Numbered from the stretch's first letter, positions 1-11,456 are shown. The stretch: 64,000 nt of DNA from Candidatus Latescibacterota bacterium (GCA_965237525.1 CBDEFO010000007.1:640001-704000); one strand, 5' to 3'. A program made the numbers and translations. The notes: generated by a model from the letters alone, not told the origin.

Positions 1-768
1 GAAAAGTGGACGAACCAAACACACCGTTCGACTACAGACCCCGACGCGCGCTTATACAGCAAATCGAAGGGCAAAGGGGCTTTTCTCTCGTTTATGGGCC
101 ATGATCTGATCGACACAAAAAGCAGAGTAATCCTTGAGACTCAGGGCACGCAGGCGACAGGGACAGCAGAGCCCGAAAGTGCCCTTAAGATGGTAGATGA
201 CCTTGAAACATACACCATGCCCAAAGACATTCAGACACTTAGTGCCGATACCGGTTACGGTTCTGGTAATTTTATCGCTGATGTACTTGACCGGGGAATC
301 ATACCCCATATTCCTCTGCGAGCCGATGAGAAGATTGAACCGATTCCTACATGGAAAAACAAGACAAATCCAGCACATATTCAGGCCGAACGGGATAGAA
401 AAGTGCGAGAGGCGAAAGCCAGAAATCATGCACGGTCTATCTCATTAACAGCTGACTACAAACTCTCCCGGAGACTCCGTAAACGCAGTGAACATATCTT
501 TGCTGAAGCCAGGCAACAACACGGTATGGGACGAGCCCGTTATAGAGGACCAGCCTCACTGAATGAACAGTTGAATCTTGTTGCAACAGTACAGAATCTC
601 AAGAGGCTTGTATCTTTCATAAGAAGGGGGAAAGCGTCTATGTGTGCCCTGTCTGTCAAAGACAGTGCATCCTGTTCTTCAAACAGCTCCTATTCCTTGC
701 TGACCAGAACTCTGATAAGACTATTTTGCTTATTCCACAGCAAAACGATACGATATGCTTCTCTTTGA
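1..768 (+). CDS. IS1182-family DDE transposase, 5'-partial
   Basis: C-terminal half of the protein at 40929-42284; motifs SADTGYG and RKRSEHIFAEA..HGMGRARYRG. Confidence 0.9.
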   Translation, partial: EKWTNQTHRSTTDPDARLYSKSKGKGAFLSFMGHDLIDTKSRVILETQGTQATGTAEPESALKMVDDLETYTMPKDIQTLSADTGYGSGNFIADVLDRGIIPHIPLRADEKIEPIPTWKNKTNPAHIQAERDRKVREAKARNHARSISLTADYKLSRRLRKRSEHIFAEARQQHGMGRARYRGPASLNEQLNLVATVQNLKRLVSFIRRGKASMCALSVKDSASCSSNSSYSLLTRTLIRLFCLFHSKTIRYASL

Positions 769-821
769 CCCATAATCGGCGCTTCAGACGCTGCCTGGGA
801 CAAAACTATTTCACAAGGCTT
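1..821 (+). mobile_element. IS1182-family insertion sequence, copy 1 (left part outside the window)
   Basis: Nearly identical to 41517-42337 (about 6 substitutions seen by eye). Ends in right IR TTTCACAAGGCTT (809-821), followed by TTAG (822-825). Confidence 0.93.
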
Positions 822-909
822 TTAGAGCGACAAGAGTATATTTTCCGTCGTTTTTTGGTAGTGGTTGGCATTAAACACTTACAGGTAAATGAAGAAGAAA
901 GGTGACATT

Positions 910-2946
910 ATGAGCGAGGAGGAATCTGTAGAGGTTAGCGAAGCGGAAATAGCTGTTCACTGGCAGGAGGAGGCGTATTTCCACCCGTCAGCGCAATTTA
1001 TTGCACAGGCGAATATGACTGATCCGGGTATTTATGAACGGTTTAGTTTGGAACATTTTCCTGAATGCTTTAAGGAATACGCCGATATGCTTACCTGGTA
1101 TGAGTATTGGCATACCACACTTGATACGAGCGATGCCCCTTGCTGGAAGTGGTTTGTCGGCGGAAGGATAAATGCGAGCTACAACTGCGTTGACAGACAC
1201 CTGGAGAAGTATAAGAATAAAGCCGCAATTATCTATGTACCGGAACCGGAAGAGGAACCTCACGTGGCCCTAACTTATCAGGAACTATATGTAAGGGTTA
1301 ATGAGCTTGCTGCGCTTCTTCGAGACTTTACCGGACTTAAGGCTGGAGATCGCGTGACCCTTCATATGCCGATGGTTCCAGAACTCCCGATCACGATGCT
1401 GGCTTGTGCCAGACTCGGCGTAATTCACTCCGAGGTATATGGAGGATTTAGCGGCAGGGCGTGCGGCGAAAGGATATGGGACTCTGGAAGCCGTGTCCTG
1501 ATAACCATTGACGGTTACTACAGGTCAGGTGATCTCATCGATCACAAAGAGAAGTCTGACACTGCCCTTGGGGTAGCCGAAGAAAAGGGCCAAGCCGTCG
1601 ATAAAGTCCTGGTTTGGAGACGTCATCCCGGTAAATATGTTTCAAAGACGCCTATGGTAGAAGGTCGCGATTACTTTATGGACGAAGTGCTTTCCGAGTA
1701 TGCCGGTAGGAGAGTCGATCCAGTTCCTATGCCCGCTGAAGACCCTCTCTTCATTATGTATACCAGTGGGACAACTGGAAGCCCTAAGGGCTGTCAGCAC
1801 AGTACAGGTGGCTATTTAGCCTATGTTACAGGTACGTCAAAGTATGTCCAGGACATTCACCCGGAAGATGTTTACTGGTGCATGGCGGATATAGGGTGGA
1901 TCACGGGTCATTCATATATTGTTTATGGTCCGTTGTCCCTGGCTGCAACGAGCGTTATGTATGAAGGTGTACCTACTTACCCGGATGCCGGGCGCGCCTG
2001 GAGAATCGCCGAGCAACTTGATGTAAATATATTCCACACTGCTCCGACTACGATACGGATGTTAAGAAAAGCCGGTCCTGATGAGCCAAAAAAGTACAAT
2101 TACCACTTCAAGCATATGACGACAGTGGGAGAACCCATAGAACCAGAGGTGTGGAAATGGTATTACAAGGTCGTCGGTAAATGCCAAGCAGTCATTGTTG
2201 ACACATGGTGGCAGACGGAAAATGGAGGATTTCTCTGCAGCACTCTGCCGGCGCTTAAACCTATGAAGCCCGGCTCGGCAGGTCCCGGTATGCCTGGTAT
2301 CCATCCGGTAATCTACGATGAGGATGGGAATGAAGTTGAAGGGGGGACCGGTAAAGCGGGGAATATATGCATAAGGAACCCGTGGCCAGGGGCATTCCAG
2401 ACGATATGGGGAGATCGCGAGCGATATGTGAGCCAATATTACCAAAAGTATTGCAGAGACAAGGATAGTAAGGACTGGCGCGACTGGCCTTATTTTGCAG
2501 GTGATGCCGCCGTGCACGCTGAAGATGGATACTATCGAATTCTGGGCAGAATTGACGATGTCATCAATGTTGCCGGTCACCGACTCGGCACTAAGGAGTT
2601 AGAATCCGCTTGTCTTGTTGTCGAGGAAGTGGCAGAGGCAGCGGTTGTCCCCCTGGCTGATGAGTTGAAGGGTCGGGTACCTGATATCTATGTGTCTCTT
2701 AAGTCCGGCTACGAGCCCGACACAGGAATAGAAGATAAAGTTACAAAATCTATCGAGGCAGCAATTGGTAAAATAGCCAGACCCAAGCACGTTTACGTCG
2801 TACCCGACATGCCTAAGACTCGTTCTGGAAAGATTATGCGCCGTGTCCTGGCGTCTATCTCCAATAGGACGCACATCGGTGACGTAACCACATTAGCTAA
2901 CCCTGAAATTGTCGAGGAAATTCGACAAATGGTTCAAGGTAGTTAG
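910..2946 (+). CDS. acs: Acetate--CoA ligase (AMP-forming acetyl-CoA synthetase)
   Basis: YTSGTTGSPKG P-loop, ADIGWITGHSY, VDTWWQTE, GRIDDVINVAGHRLGT, PKTRSGKIMRR. ATG 910 preferred to 889 because an RBS-like AAGGTG precedes it. Confidence 0.96.
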   Translation: MSEEESVEVSEAEIAVHWQEEAYFHPSAQFIAQANMTDPGIYERFSLEHFPECFKEYADMLTWYEYWHTTLDTSDAPCWKWFVGGRINASYNCVDRHLEKYKNKAAIIYVPEPEEEPHVALTYQELYVRVNELAALLRDFTGLKAGDRVTLHMPMVPELPITMLACARLGVIHSEVYGGFSGRACGERIWDSGSRVLITIDGYYRSGDLIDHKEKSDTALGVAEEKGQAVDKVLVWRRHPGKYVSKTPMVEGRDYFMDEVLSEYAGRRVDPVPMPAEDPLFIMYTSGTTGSPKGCQHSTGGYLAYVTGTSKYVQDIHPEDVYWCMADIGWITGHSYIVYGPLSLAATSVMYEGVPTYPDAGRAWRIAEQLDVNIFHTAPTTIRMLRKAGPDEPKKYNYHFKHMTTVGEPIEPEVWKWYYKVVGKCQAVIVDTWWQTENGGFLCSTLPALKPMKPGSAGPGMPGIHPVIYDEDGNEVEGGTGKAGNICIRNPWPGAFQTIWGDRERYVSQYYQKYCRDKDSKDWRDWPYFAGDAAVHAEDGYYRILGRIDDVINVAGHRLGTKELESACLVVEEVAEAAVVPLADELKGRVPDIYVSLKSGYEPDTGIEDKVTKSIEAAIGKIARPKHVYVVPDMPKTRSGKIMRRVLASISNRTHIGDVTTLANPEIVEEIRQMVQGS

Positions 2947-3086
2947 AAGTCAGGCGTATCGGGCTTCAAATAGACGTGTTACGGCATATTCCGTCGTATT
3001 CGCATGGAATGAAATCAGAGTGTCTTGGTTAGCGTCATCTACACTACTAGAGATTGGGATCTCGCTACGCGAAAGAAGAGTTTCCG

Positions 3087-4151
3087 ATGCTAATAAACAT
3101 AAACAAGCTCATATCCCATTTAGTTCTGGTCATCTGCGTCGCCCTTGTTGTTGGCTGCGCAACCACAATTCCTTTCACAACTCCCCTGATAAACGCAGCC
3201 AGGGAGGGCGATACGGCTACCGTCGAAGCCTTGTTGGAAGCTGGCGCTGACGTCAATTTAAGAAACAAGGATGGCTTGAGGGCCCTGATGGCGGCGGCAC
3301 AGAAAGACCACACAGCTAGTGTCCAGAGCTTATTGGAGGCAGGTGCCGACGTCAATGCAAAAGACAAGGGTGGCAGGACAGCGCTAATGTGGGCGGCAGC
3401 GAAAGGCCACATTGCTACAGTCGAAGCCTTGTTAGACGCGGGCGCCAATATAGATACGCGGGATAAGAATGGGCTAACAGCTCTTATGGTGGCAGCACAC
3501 GAGGATCAAACTGCTATTATAAAAGTCTTGTTGAAGGCGGGCGCCGACGTCAACGCGAAAAACAAGGATGGCAGAACTGCCCTAACCGTGGCCGCCTATA
3601 GAGGCCACAACACCACTGTCAAAGCTTTGCTTGAGGGGAGTGCTGATGTCAAAGCCAGAGACCTGGTGGATCAGACGGCCTTAATGTGGGCTGCAGTAGC
3701 TGGCCAAACGACTTCCTTGGAGATATTGCTGGAGGCTGGGGCAAACGTCCATGCAAAAAGGATGGACGGTAACACCGCACTGATACTGGCAGCAGCAGGG
3801 GCCCAATCTGCCGCCGTGCAAACCTTGCTGGGGGCGGCGGCCGACGTCGATGCGAGAAACAAGGATGGCTGGACAGCCTTGATGTTTGCGGCACAGGAGG
3901 GCTACACTGCTGTCGTCGAGGCCTTACTGGAGGTGGACGCCGACATCAACGTGAAAGAAGGGCTTGTTGGACAGACAGCCCTGATGTTTGCGGCCTTTTA
4001 TGGGCACACTGGTGCCTTGCAGACCTTGTTGGCGGCGGGTGCCAAGGTCAATGTCGAAGATGCAGTCGGCCAAACGGCCTTGATGCTTGCGGTATCGAAA
4101 GGCCACACCGACGTAGTTCAATTGCTGAAGGAAGCCGGGGCCAAGAAATAG
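3087..4151 (+). CDS. Ankyrin-repeat lipoprotein (~10 repeats)
   Basis: Repeated G-x-TALM-x-AA-xx-G-H...LLEAGADVN units; hydrophobic N-terminus with lipobox LVVG|C. Confidence 0.92.
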   Translation: MLININKLISHLVLVICVALVVGCATTIPFTTPLINAAREGDTATVEALLEAGADVNLRNKDGLRALMAAAQKDHTASVQSLLEAGADVNAKDKGGRTALMWAAAKGHIATVEALLDAGANIDTRDKNGLTALMVAAHEDQTAIIKVLLKAGADVNAKNKDGRTALTVAAYRGHNTTVKALLEGSADVKARDLVDQTALMWAAVAGQTTSLEILLEAGANVHAKRMDGNTALILAAAGAQSAAVQTLLGAAADVDARNKDGWTALMFAAQEGYTAVVEALLEVDADINVKEGLVGQTALMFAAFYGHTGALQTLLAAGAKVNVEDAVGQTALMLAVSKGHTDVVQLLKEAGAKK

Positions 4152-4363
4152 AAGATGCAGTTGTAAAGTGTATAGAGACAGAGATAGGCGAAATAGCCAG
4201 GCCGAAGCACGTCTATATCGTACCCGATATGCCTAAGACTCCTTCTGGCAAGATTATGCGCCGTGTCCTGGCGTCTATCTCTAATAGGACAGACATTGGT
4301 GATGTAACTACATTAGCTAACCCGGAAATTGTCGAAGAAATTAGAAAAACGGTTCAAGGGTGA
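4147..4363 (+). repeat. Diverged duplicate of the acs 3' end (~72 codons, no start codon)
   Basis: Colinear with 2727-2946, no indels up to the stop. Translates IEDAVVKCIETEIGEIARPKHVYIVPDMPKTPSGKIMRRVLASISNRTDIGDVTTLANPEIVEEIRKTVQG*. Confidence 0.95.
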
Positions 4364-4453
4364 CTTGTCTGCGAAGAGTCGAGTGGCCAGACAGTTTATG
4401 TCATTGCTCATCGAAAGGATAACCTTATCAGGTAAATACAAAAGAGAACTCAA

Positions 4454-5893
4454 GTGATCCTTTCGAAAGATCAAATAAGGCACATTCACCTTGTGGGCAT
4501 CTGCGGCACGGCAATGGGAGCCTTAGCCGGGATGCTCAAATCAGGTGGATATAGAGTCACAGGCTCAGACAGCGGCGTCTATGAGCCTATGAGCACTTTT
4601 TTGAGAGCCCTCGAAATCCAGGTTTTTGAGGGTTTTTGCTCTTCTAACTTGAACCCCCCGCCCGATTTAGTCGTTATAGGCAATGTGATCTCCAGAGGAA
4701 ATAGTGAGGTCGAAGAGGTCTTAAACAGAAAGATAAGATACGCCTCTATGCCCGAGGCACTTAAGGACTTCTTCATCAGGGGCAAGCGATCCTTTGTAGT
4801 AACCGGGACGCATGGAAAGACCACTACGACCTCCCTTTTGGCCTGGGTCATCGAAAGTTCAGGAAGAGACTCCAGCTTTATGGTCGGTGGTATCCCCTTA
4901 AACTTCAACGCCGGATACAAGTTAGGAGAAGGAGAGGACTTCATCATCGAAGGCGACGAATACGACACAGCCTTCTTCGACAAGGGACCCAAATTTCTCC
5001 ACTATCTTCCCGATGTAGTCATAATCAACGGCATCGAATTCGACCACGCCGATATATACAGGGATCTCGATCAGATCAAAACTTCCTTCGGACGTCTGAT
5101 CAACATAATACCCTCAGATGGTCTCCTTGTAGCATCTGCGGACGATGAGAACGTCTCCCAACTCATTCCCAATGCCTTTTGCCAAGTTAGGACCTTCGGT
5201 TTCTCCAAAAATGCCGATTGGAGAGCTGAAAATATGGGCTTTAAGCCTCGTGGCGTATCGTTCGATGTCAGTGGATACGGCAATTTCTTCATACCTCTTA
5301 TCGGGGAGCACAACGTAAGAAACACACTTGCTGTCATTGCTACAGCCGACTTTATAGGACTTTCCCGGGAGCAGATCAAAAGAGGCCTAAGCACTTTCAA
5401 ATGTGTAAAGAGACGCCTTGAGATAAGGGGAGTTGTAGATGGGATAACTGTAATAGACGATTTTGCCCATCATCCCACGTCGGTCAAAGAGACTCTGAGA
5501 GGGCTCAGAAAATCCAATCCCAAAGTTAGAATATGGGCACTTTTCGAGCCTGCAAGTGCCACGAACGCAAGGAGCGTATTCGAAGAACGATACAATGAGG
5601 CGTTCGATTGTGCTGATAAGATTGTTCTGGCCAAAGTCCCAAAGCCAGAAAGGGCTGGAGAAGATGAGAAGATGTCTATGCAAAGGGTAGCAAGGACCCT
5701 GAGAAATAGCGGTAAGGACGCTCTATATATACCGGAAGTAGATGATATAGTAGAAAATCTTAAAGAGAAGCTGATGAAAGGCGATATTGTGCTTGTAATG
5801 ACTAACGGGAGCTTCGGTGGAATACACGACAAGATCCTTAACGTTCTTACGAGTGTAAAGAATGATACTCAAGCCGCCGCCGCTAGAACCTGA
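4454..5893 (+). CDS. mpl: Murein peptide ligase (UDP-MurNAc:L-Ala-gamma-D-Glu-mDAP ligase)
   Basis: GICGTAMG, TGTHGKTTT, EGDEYDTAFFDKGPKF, EFDHADIY, DDFAHHPT, MTNGSFGGIH. Confidence 0.92.
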   Translation: MILSKDQIRHIHLVGICGTAMGALAGMLKSGGYRVTGSDSGVYEPMSTFLRALEIQVFEGFCSSNLNPPPDLVVIGNVISRGNSEVEEVLNRKIRYASMPEALKDFFIRGKRSFVVTGTHGKTTTTSLLAWVIESSGRDSSFMVGGIPLNFNAGYKLGEGEDFIIEGDEYDTAFFDKGPKFLHYLPDVVIINGIEFDHADIYRDLDQIKTSFGRLINIIPSDGLLVASADDENVSQLIPNAFCQVRTFGFSKNADWRAENMGFKPRGVSFDVSGYGNFFIPLIGEHNVRNTLAVIATADFIGLSREQIKRGLSTFKCVKRRLEIRGVVDGITVIDDFAHHPTSVKETLRGLRKSNPKVRIWALFEPASATNARSVFEERYNEAFDCADKIVLAKVPKPERAGEDEKMSMQRVARTLRNSGKDALYIPEVDDIVENLKEKLMKGDIVLVMTNGSFGGIHDKILNVLTSVKNDTQAAAART

Positions 5894-6788
5894 AGATACG
5901 ATAGGCATCGTCTCCCCTTCGGGAAGAGTGAAAGGGAAGGATCTCCAAGGCGGGATAGAGTATCTGCGACAGAGAGGGTATAAGGTCAAGGTAGGGAAGA
6001 GTGCCTACGGGTCGAAGGGCTACTTGGCCGGAGGCGATGACCAAAGGGCGCAGGATATAAACGATATGTTCTGCGACCCCGAAGTTAAAGCTATATTCGC
6101 ATCCAGGGGTGGATACGGATCTACTCGAATATTGGACAAGATAGACTACGATCTTATAAGGAGAAATCCCAAGATATTCGTGGGATTTTCAGATACCACA
6201 GCCCTTCAGTTGTCCATATTCAGATACACGGGACTTGTGACCTTCTCAGGAGTTCTCGCAGCTGTGGACATGAAGGATGCAAAGATGAATGGGCTTACTG
6301 AAAAGACTCTGTGGGATCTGCTGACGAAGGGGAGAATAGACATTATAGAGGGACTCGAAATTATGAAAGGGGGATCTGCGGAAGGGAAACTTTTGGGCGG
6401 TTGTCTTTCAATTATGTGTTCCCTTCTGGGGACCGCCTACCAGCCCGATTTAAAGGGGGCCATCCTCTTTCTTGAAGACGTAGACGAAGCGCCCTACCGC
6501 ATAGATAGGATGTTAACGCAACTGAGTCTGTCCGGTCTACTGCAACAAGTTAGCGGGATCATATTAGGGCAATTTCAAGACTGCTTCGATAGAGATGAAT
6601 CCTCCGAGGTTGAAGAACTTTCCTTAAAGGATATGGTAGATGACCTAATGTGCGACCTGAACATCCCCATCCTTTCCGATCTTCCCTACGGGCATTTTGC
6701 AAGTAGGGTCGTCCTTCCCATAGGCGTAAATGCCAGGATAGACGGGAATACAGGTAAGTTGGAGATAACTGAGAGTGCATTGGATTAA
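5862..6788 (+). CDS. ldcA: LD-carboxypeptidase, peptidase S66
   Basis: RGGYG, GFSDTTAL (catalytic Ser), LFLEDVDE (Glu), PYGH (His); adjacent to mpl. Confidence 0.92.
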   Translation: MILKPPPLEPEDTIGIVSPSGRVKGKDLQGGIEYLRQRGYKVKVGKSAYGSKGYLAGGDDQRAQDINDMFCDPEVKAIFASRGGYGSTRILDKIDYDLIRRNPKIFVGFSDTTALQLSIFRYTGLVTFSGVLAAVDMKDAKMNGLTEKTLWDLLTKGRIDIIEGLEIMKGGSAEGKLLGGCLSIMCSLLGTAYQPDLKGAILFLEDVDEAPYRIDRMLTQLSLSGLLQQVSGIILGQFQDCFDRDESSEVEELSLKDMVDDLMCDLNIPILSDLPYGHFASRVVLPIGVNARIDGNTGKLEITESALD

Positions 6789-6825
6789 GTAATTTTCAAC
6801 ACTCAAAACCCAAAGGAGGTACTCC

Positions 6826-8297
6826 ATGAAGATTCGGGTTTTCTATGGGTTCATTTTCGTTCTGTTCTTTTTCCGTCCCAGCGGTGCGCAGACGATCACT
6901 CCAGAAGAGTTCCTCAAGTTGATTAAACAGAGTCATCCCTATCTTCGCAAAAGAAGCGATGTCATCGGAAATTGAAAAGAGGGGGAAAGAGCGATTCCTC
7001 GGTTCACAGGACTGGGTCATCCGTTCTGCCTATCTTTCCGCTCATCAGAAACCGGTCAGCACGAGCACATTTGCTCCCAAGAGGATCGATGGGGTGGGCG
7101 TCGCCACAGCTATTGAGAGGGCCTATTGGAACACTGGGGGGAGACTCTCTCTCCTGGTCATCCGACTTTACAGATCAGAATTTACCGGATATTGTCGTTC
7201 CGGGCCCTTCAGGGAGTTTTCGCATCCCAACGGGGCCATCACAGTTTTATCAGAACAAGGTTCTCCTGACCTACTCCCAGCCACTCCTGCAAAATTTCAA
7301 AGGAAAACTGGATCGGCTCGACTACGAATTGAGCGGGTACACTGTCAACTTCACCGAATTACAGGCCTTTGAGAATCAAGAAGGGTTCCTTCTGGACTTG
7401 GGGATCCGGTTTTTGGACTGGGTTCTGCATTCCGAACAGATACAGATCTCCAATGAGCGTCTGCGTCTGGCGGAGGAGGAACTGCAACAGACAAAGAGAA
7501 AGCGAGCCGCAAACCTGGTGGATCGGGTGGACGTTTTGCGAGCTGAGGATGCCGTCCGGATCGCCAAGCAGAATATCGTGCTGATTGAATCTCAGTGGAA
7601 GGCGAAACAGGCGGAATTGGCAGTTCTGGCCCAGTCCCAGGAACTTTACAACCAGAGCCCAGAGTTTGATCTTTACAACCTGGAAGCCCTGCCTCCTCTC
7701 GATGAGGCTGTCTCACGGTTGAAGGAACAATCGAGACTTCTTCAGGCTCTTGTAATCCGGAGGGAGCAACTTTCCCATCTGCGCGAGGGTTTTGTAGAGA
7801 TGAGCCGCCCGCAACTTTTTCTCAACGTCAGTGCGGGGCTACAGGAAGGCGATGATGGGTTTGGCGGTTCTCTACTTTTGGACAAGCCGTATTTGGCTGT
7901 CTCCCTTAATTTCAGCTATCCGCTGGAGAATCGGACCGCCCGGGCAGATATCGCAAAGACGGATCTGCAACTGCGACAAATAGAGAAGGAGATCGAAAAC
8001 GTGGCGTTGGACCTCAAAGCCGGTGTGAGGAATCTTTTGATCCAAATCAAAGAGCTAGAAAAGGTCCTCGCCCTCAACCAGGAACAGATCGAGTCGGCGA
8101 GGGAGAAAACACAGGAAGAGCTCCGGCTCTATAATCAGGGTCGTGGGGAACTGACCTTTGTCATCCAGAGTCGGGACAATGAGGAGAATGCAAGACTGAC
8201 CTATGCCCAAAATGGAGCCAGCTACCACAAGTTGATCCTTCAGTACCACTCCCTTATGGACAAGCTTCTCCCCTCAAGCCTCACGGAGCGTGAATGA
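6826..8297 (+). pseudogene. TolC-family outer-membrane efflux protein, two frameshifts
   Basis: RBS GGAGGT, ATG 6826 and signal peptide MKIRVFYGFIFVLFFFRPSGA-Q. The frame changes near 6940 (into ORF 6959) and near 7150 (into ORF 6972). Coiled-coil OEP-like body. Confidence 0.8.
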
Positions 8298-8359
8298 AGT
8301 TTCGCCTATGGGGTTTACTGAGCTATCTAGAAATGCATTTGATCAGGAGGTAACAAACG

Positions 8360-11300
8360 ATGAAATCGTTCTTCAGATTTTTTGCAGAACGTCATATACT
8401 GGCGAATCTGGTCACCCTGATGACCATCCTGCTCGGCGTGAGCACCTTTACGCACATCAAACGCGATATATGGCCTCAAGTGGATTTCGGTATAATGATT
8501 ATCACCACTCGCTACCCGGGCGCTTCGCCGGAGGATGTGGAACTGAACGTCACCAATAAGATCGAAGAGGAGTTGAGCGGTGACCGGTATCGAACGGATG
8601 ACCTCTGTTTCCATGGAGAATATCTCAGTCATCACCGTGGTCATCGACCCCGACGCGAGCGATCAGGATGAAATTGAGAATGAAATTCAGGAAGCAGTGG
8701 GCCGTGTTACGGATTTTCCGGTTGAGGTGACCGAATCGCCCCTGGTTACAGAGGTAGAAACCTCAATCTTTCCGGTGATCGAAGTGGGACTTACAGGAGA
8801 TCTGCCCTACAAAGAGCTCCGGGAAATCGCCAGAAGATTTGAGAAGAAACTGGAGGCTATTCCCGGCGTATCGAGCGTAAAGAAGTATGGTTACCTTGCC
8901 CGGGAGATCGAGGTAGAGGTCTCCCCTTCTGCGATCCGTGAGTATCAGATCCCTTTGCGAGAGATTATCACAGCTATTCAAGGTCGCAACATCCGCGCTA
9001 CAGGCGGTTCCTTTGAATCCTATACCAGCGAAAAGAACCTGGTCACTCTGGCTCAGTTTAAAGACCCCATCGAAGTGGGGGACGTCATTGTCCGATCCAC
9101 CTTCGAGGGACCTCTCATCAAAGTGAAGGACCTGGCGATTGTGAGGGACGGCTTTGAGGACGAGAGAATTCTCTCCCGTATGAACGGCAAGCAAGCAATT
9201 TCCTTTGAGGTCAAGAAAAAAGAGAGCGCCGATGCCATTCGAACCGTTGATGCCGTCAGGGAACTTGCCAAAAAAGAAAGCGAGAATCTCCCCCAGGGCG
9301 TTGAGATTCTCTATTCTAACGATTTCTCTCGTTATGTTCGTAATCGCTTCGATGTCGTCCGCACTAATGGTCTGATCGGTCTTGTATTCGTAATCATTAT
9401 GTTGTCCCTTTTTCTCACTATTCGCAATGCATTTTGGGTCGCCATAGGCATCCCCGTGGCTTTGCTGGGTACGATCTTCCTGATGCCCCTCTTCGACGTC
9501 TATCTGGATAGCATCTCTCTTGCCGCCATGATCATAGTGATAGGGATCATTGTAGATGACGGGATTATTATCGCTGAAAACATACAACGCCACCGAGAGA
9601 AAGGGAAACCGCCACTGGAGGCGGCTGTAGAAGGGATACGAGAAGTTTTTCCACCGGTTCTAACCACCATCCTCACTACGTTCTTAGCCTTTGCCCCTAT
9701 GTTCTTCATGTCGGGCATGATGGGAAAATTCGTCTTTGTCATTCCCCTGGTGATCACCCTGGCTCTGTTCATCTCTCTCTTTGAGGTGATCGTAGCTCTA
9801 CCGGCCCATCTCATCAAGGGGTTTCGCCACGGCCCGGGAGGAAAAGTCAGACCTCTACGTCGAAATTGGTTCCAGCTCGTAGAAGATCCCTTCCAGCGTA
9901 TACTATCTCGCCTTCTTCGATTCCGATACGCTCTGGTCGGACTATTCGTCCTTCTCCTTGCGGGCTCTCTCTGGTATGCCGCTAAGTTTATGAAATTTGA
10001 ACTTTTTTCGTCCAGTACGGCAGAGCAATTCATGATTCTCATGGAACTTCCAACGGGAACGTAACTGCAAGCCACTTCCGACAAAGTGAAAGAGACCGAA
10101 GAGTTAGTAGCAGGTTTGCCTGAGGGTGAGTTGGAATCATTCGTCACCCGGGTTGGAAGTCAGGAAGTGTTGCAGGCATCGGGGTTCCCGCCTGGCGAGA
10201 ACGAAAACTGGGCTTTTATAAATATCAGCCTTAGCCCCTTCACTGAACGATCAAGGCTTGCAGACGAGATTGTGAAGGACCTTCGACAGAAGACCAATAA
10301 ACTCCAGGGATTTGATAGAATCATTTATTCTGTTGAGGTAGGTGGGCCTCCTGTCGGAAAACCGATCACCTTCCGGGTGGTTGGATCCAACGATGCACAA
10401 AGGAGGGAGCTTGCCGATTCCGTAGAAGTCTTTCTGGGAAAGTTAGAAGGTGTGAAGGACATTCACAGGAACGACAGCGTGGGAAAAGAGCAGGTCGAGA
10501 TCAAGATCAACTACGACAAACTCTCAAGGCTGGGCCTCACTGTAGCCGATGTGGCGCAGAATGTTCGCATCGCCTATGACGGTGAGGTGGTGACCAGCGT
10601 GCGCTACGGCGACGAAGACGTGGATTTTCGCGTATTGCTTCAGGAGAAAGCTCGCAAAAGACCCAAATATCTGAATGAGCTCCCCATCCCCAATCGGAGG
10701 GGACGCCTCATCCCCTTGAAAGAGGTCGCTTGGTTCAAAACAGGTCCCGGTCCCTCCAATTACTACCACTTTGATGAGGAACGAGCAATTACGATTACGG
10801 CCGACATCACCAAAGACAAAACGACTCCCTTAGAGGCTACTAGTGCTATCGTTGCCCATTTCAACCTGGACACAGATTGGCCGGGCATGCGATTTGTTGT
10901 GGGGGGACAAGCGGAGGAGACTCAGAAATCGATGGTCAGTCTTTTTAAGGCATTTGTTCTCGCAATTGTCGCGGTCTATTTCCTTCTCATACTCCTCTTT
11001 AACTCTCCAACCCAGCCGATCACAGTTATGATGGCCATCCCTTTCGGGATTATGGGCGTCATCTTGGCGTTTGCTCTCCACGGTGAAGCGCTCGGTTTTG
11101 TGGCAATGATGGGTGTGATCGGCCTTGTTGGTGTTTTGGTCAACGACTCCTTAGTCCTGGTCAGCCACATCAATAGGCTTAGACGGCAAAGACCCGATGA
11201 AAGCATCACCAAACTGGTGGCGGAAGGCACCTCTGATCGCCTGCGAGCGGTTGTATTGACGACTCTGACAACCGTTGTGGGACTCCTGCCGCTGGCCTAT

Positions 11301-11456
11301 GGTCTTGGCGGGAGTGATCCGTGGATGGCTCCCATGGCTTTAGCATTGGCTTATGGCCTATTGTTCGCCACCCCTCTTACCCTGATCCTGGTTCCCTGTC
11401 TTTATGCAATCGGTCAAGACCTAGGAAGGATTTTCAGGAGAGGCGAAAAGGGATAA
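8360..11456 (+). pseudogene. AcrB/AcrD/AcrF-family RND permease, frameshift plus nonsense codon
   Basis: YPGASPEDVE N-terminus, GIIVDDGIIIAENI, RLRAVVLTTLTT. Frameshift near 8575; in-frame TAA at 10062-10064 with the same frame continuing to 11456. Confidence 0.9.
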
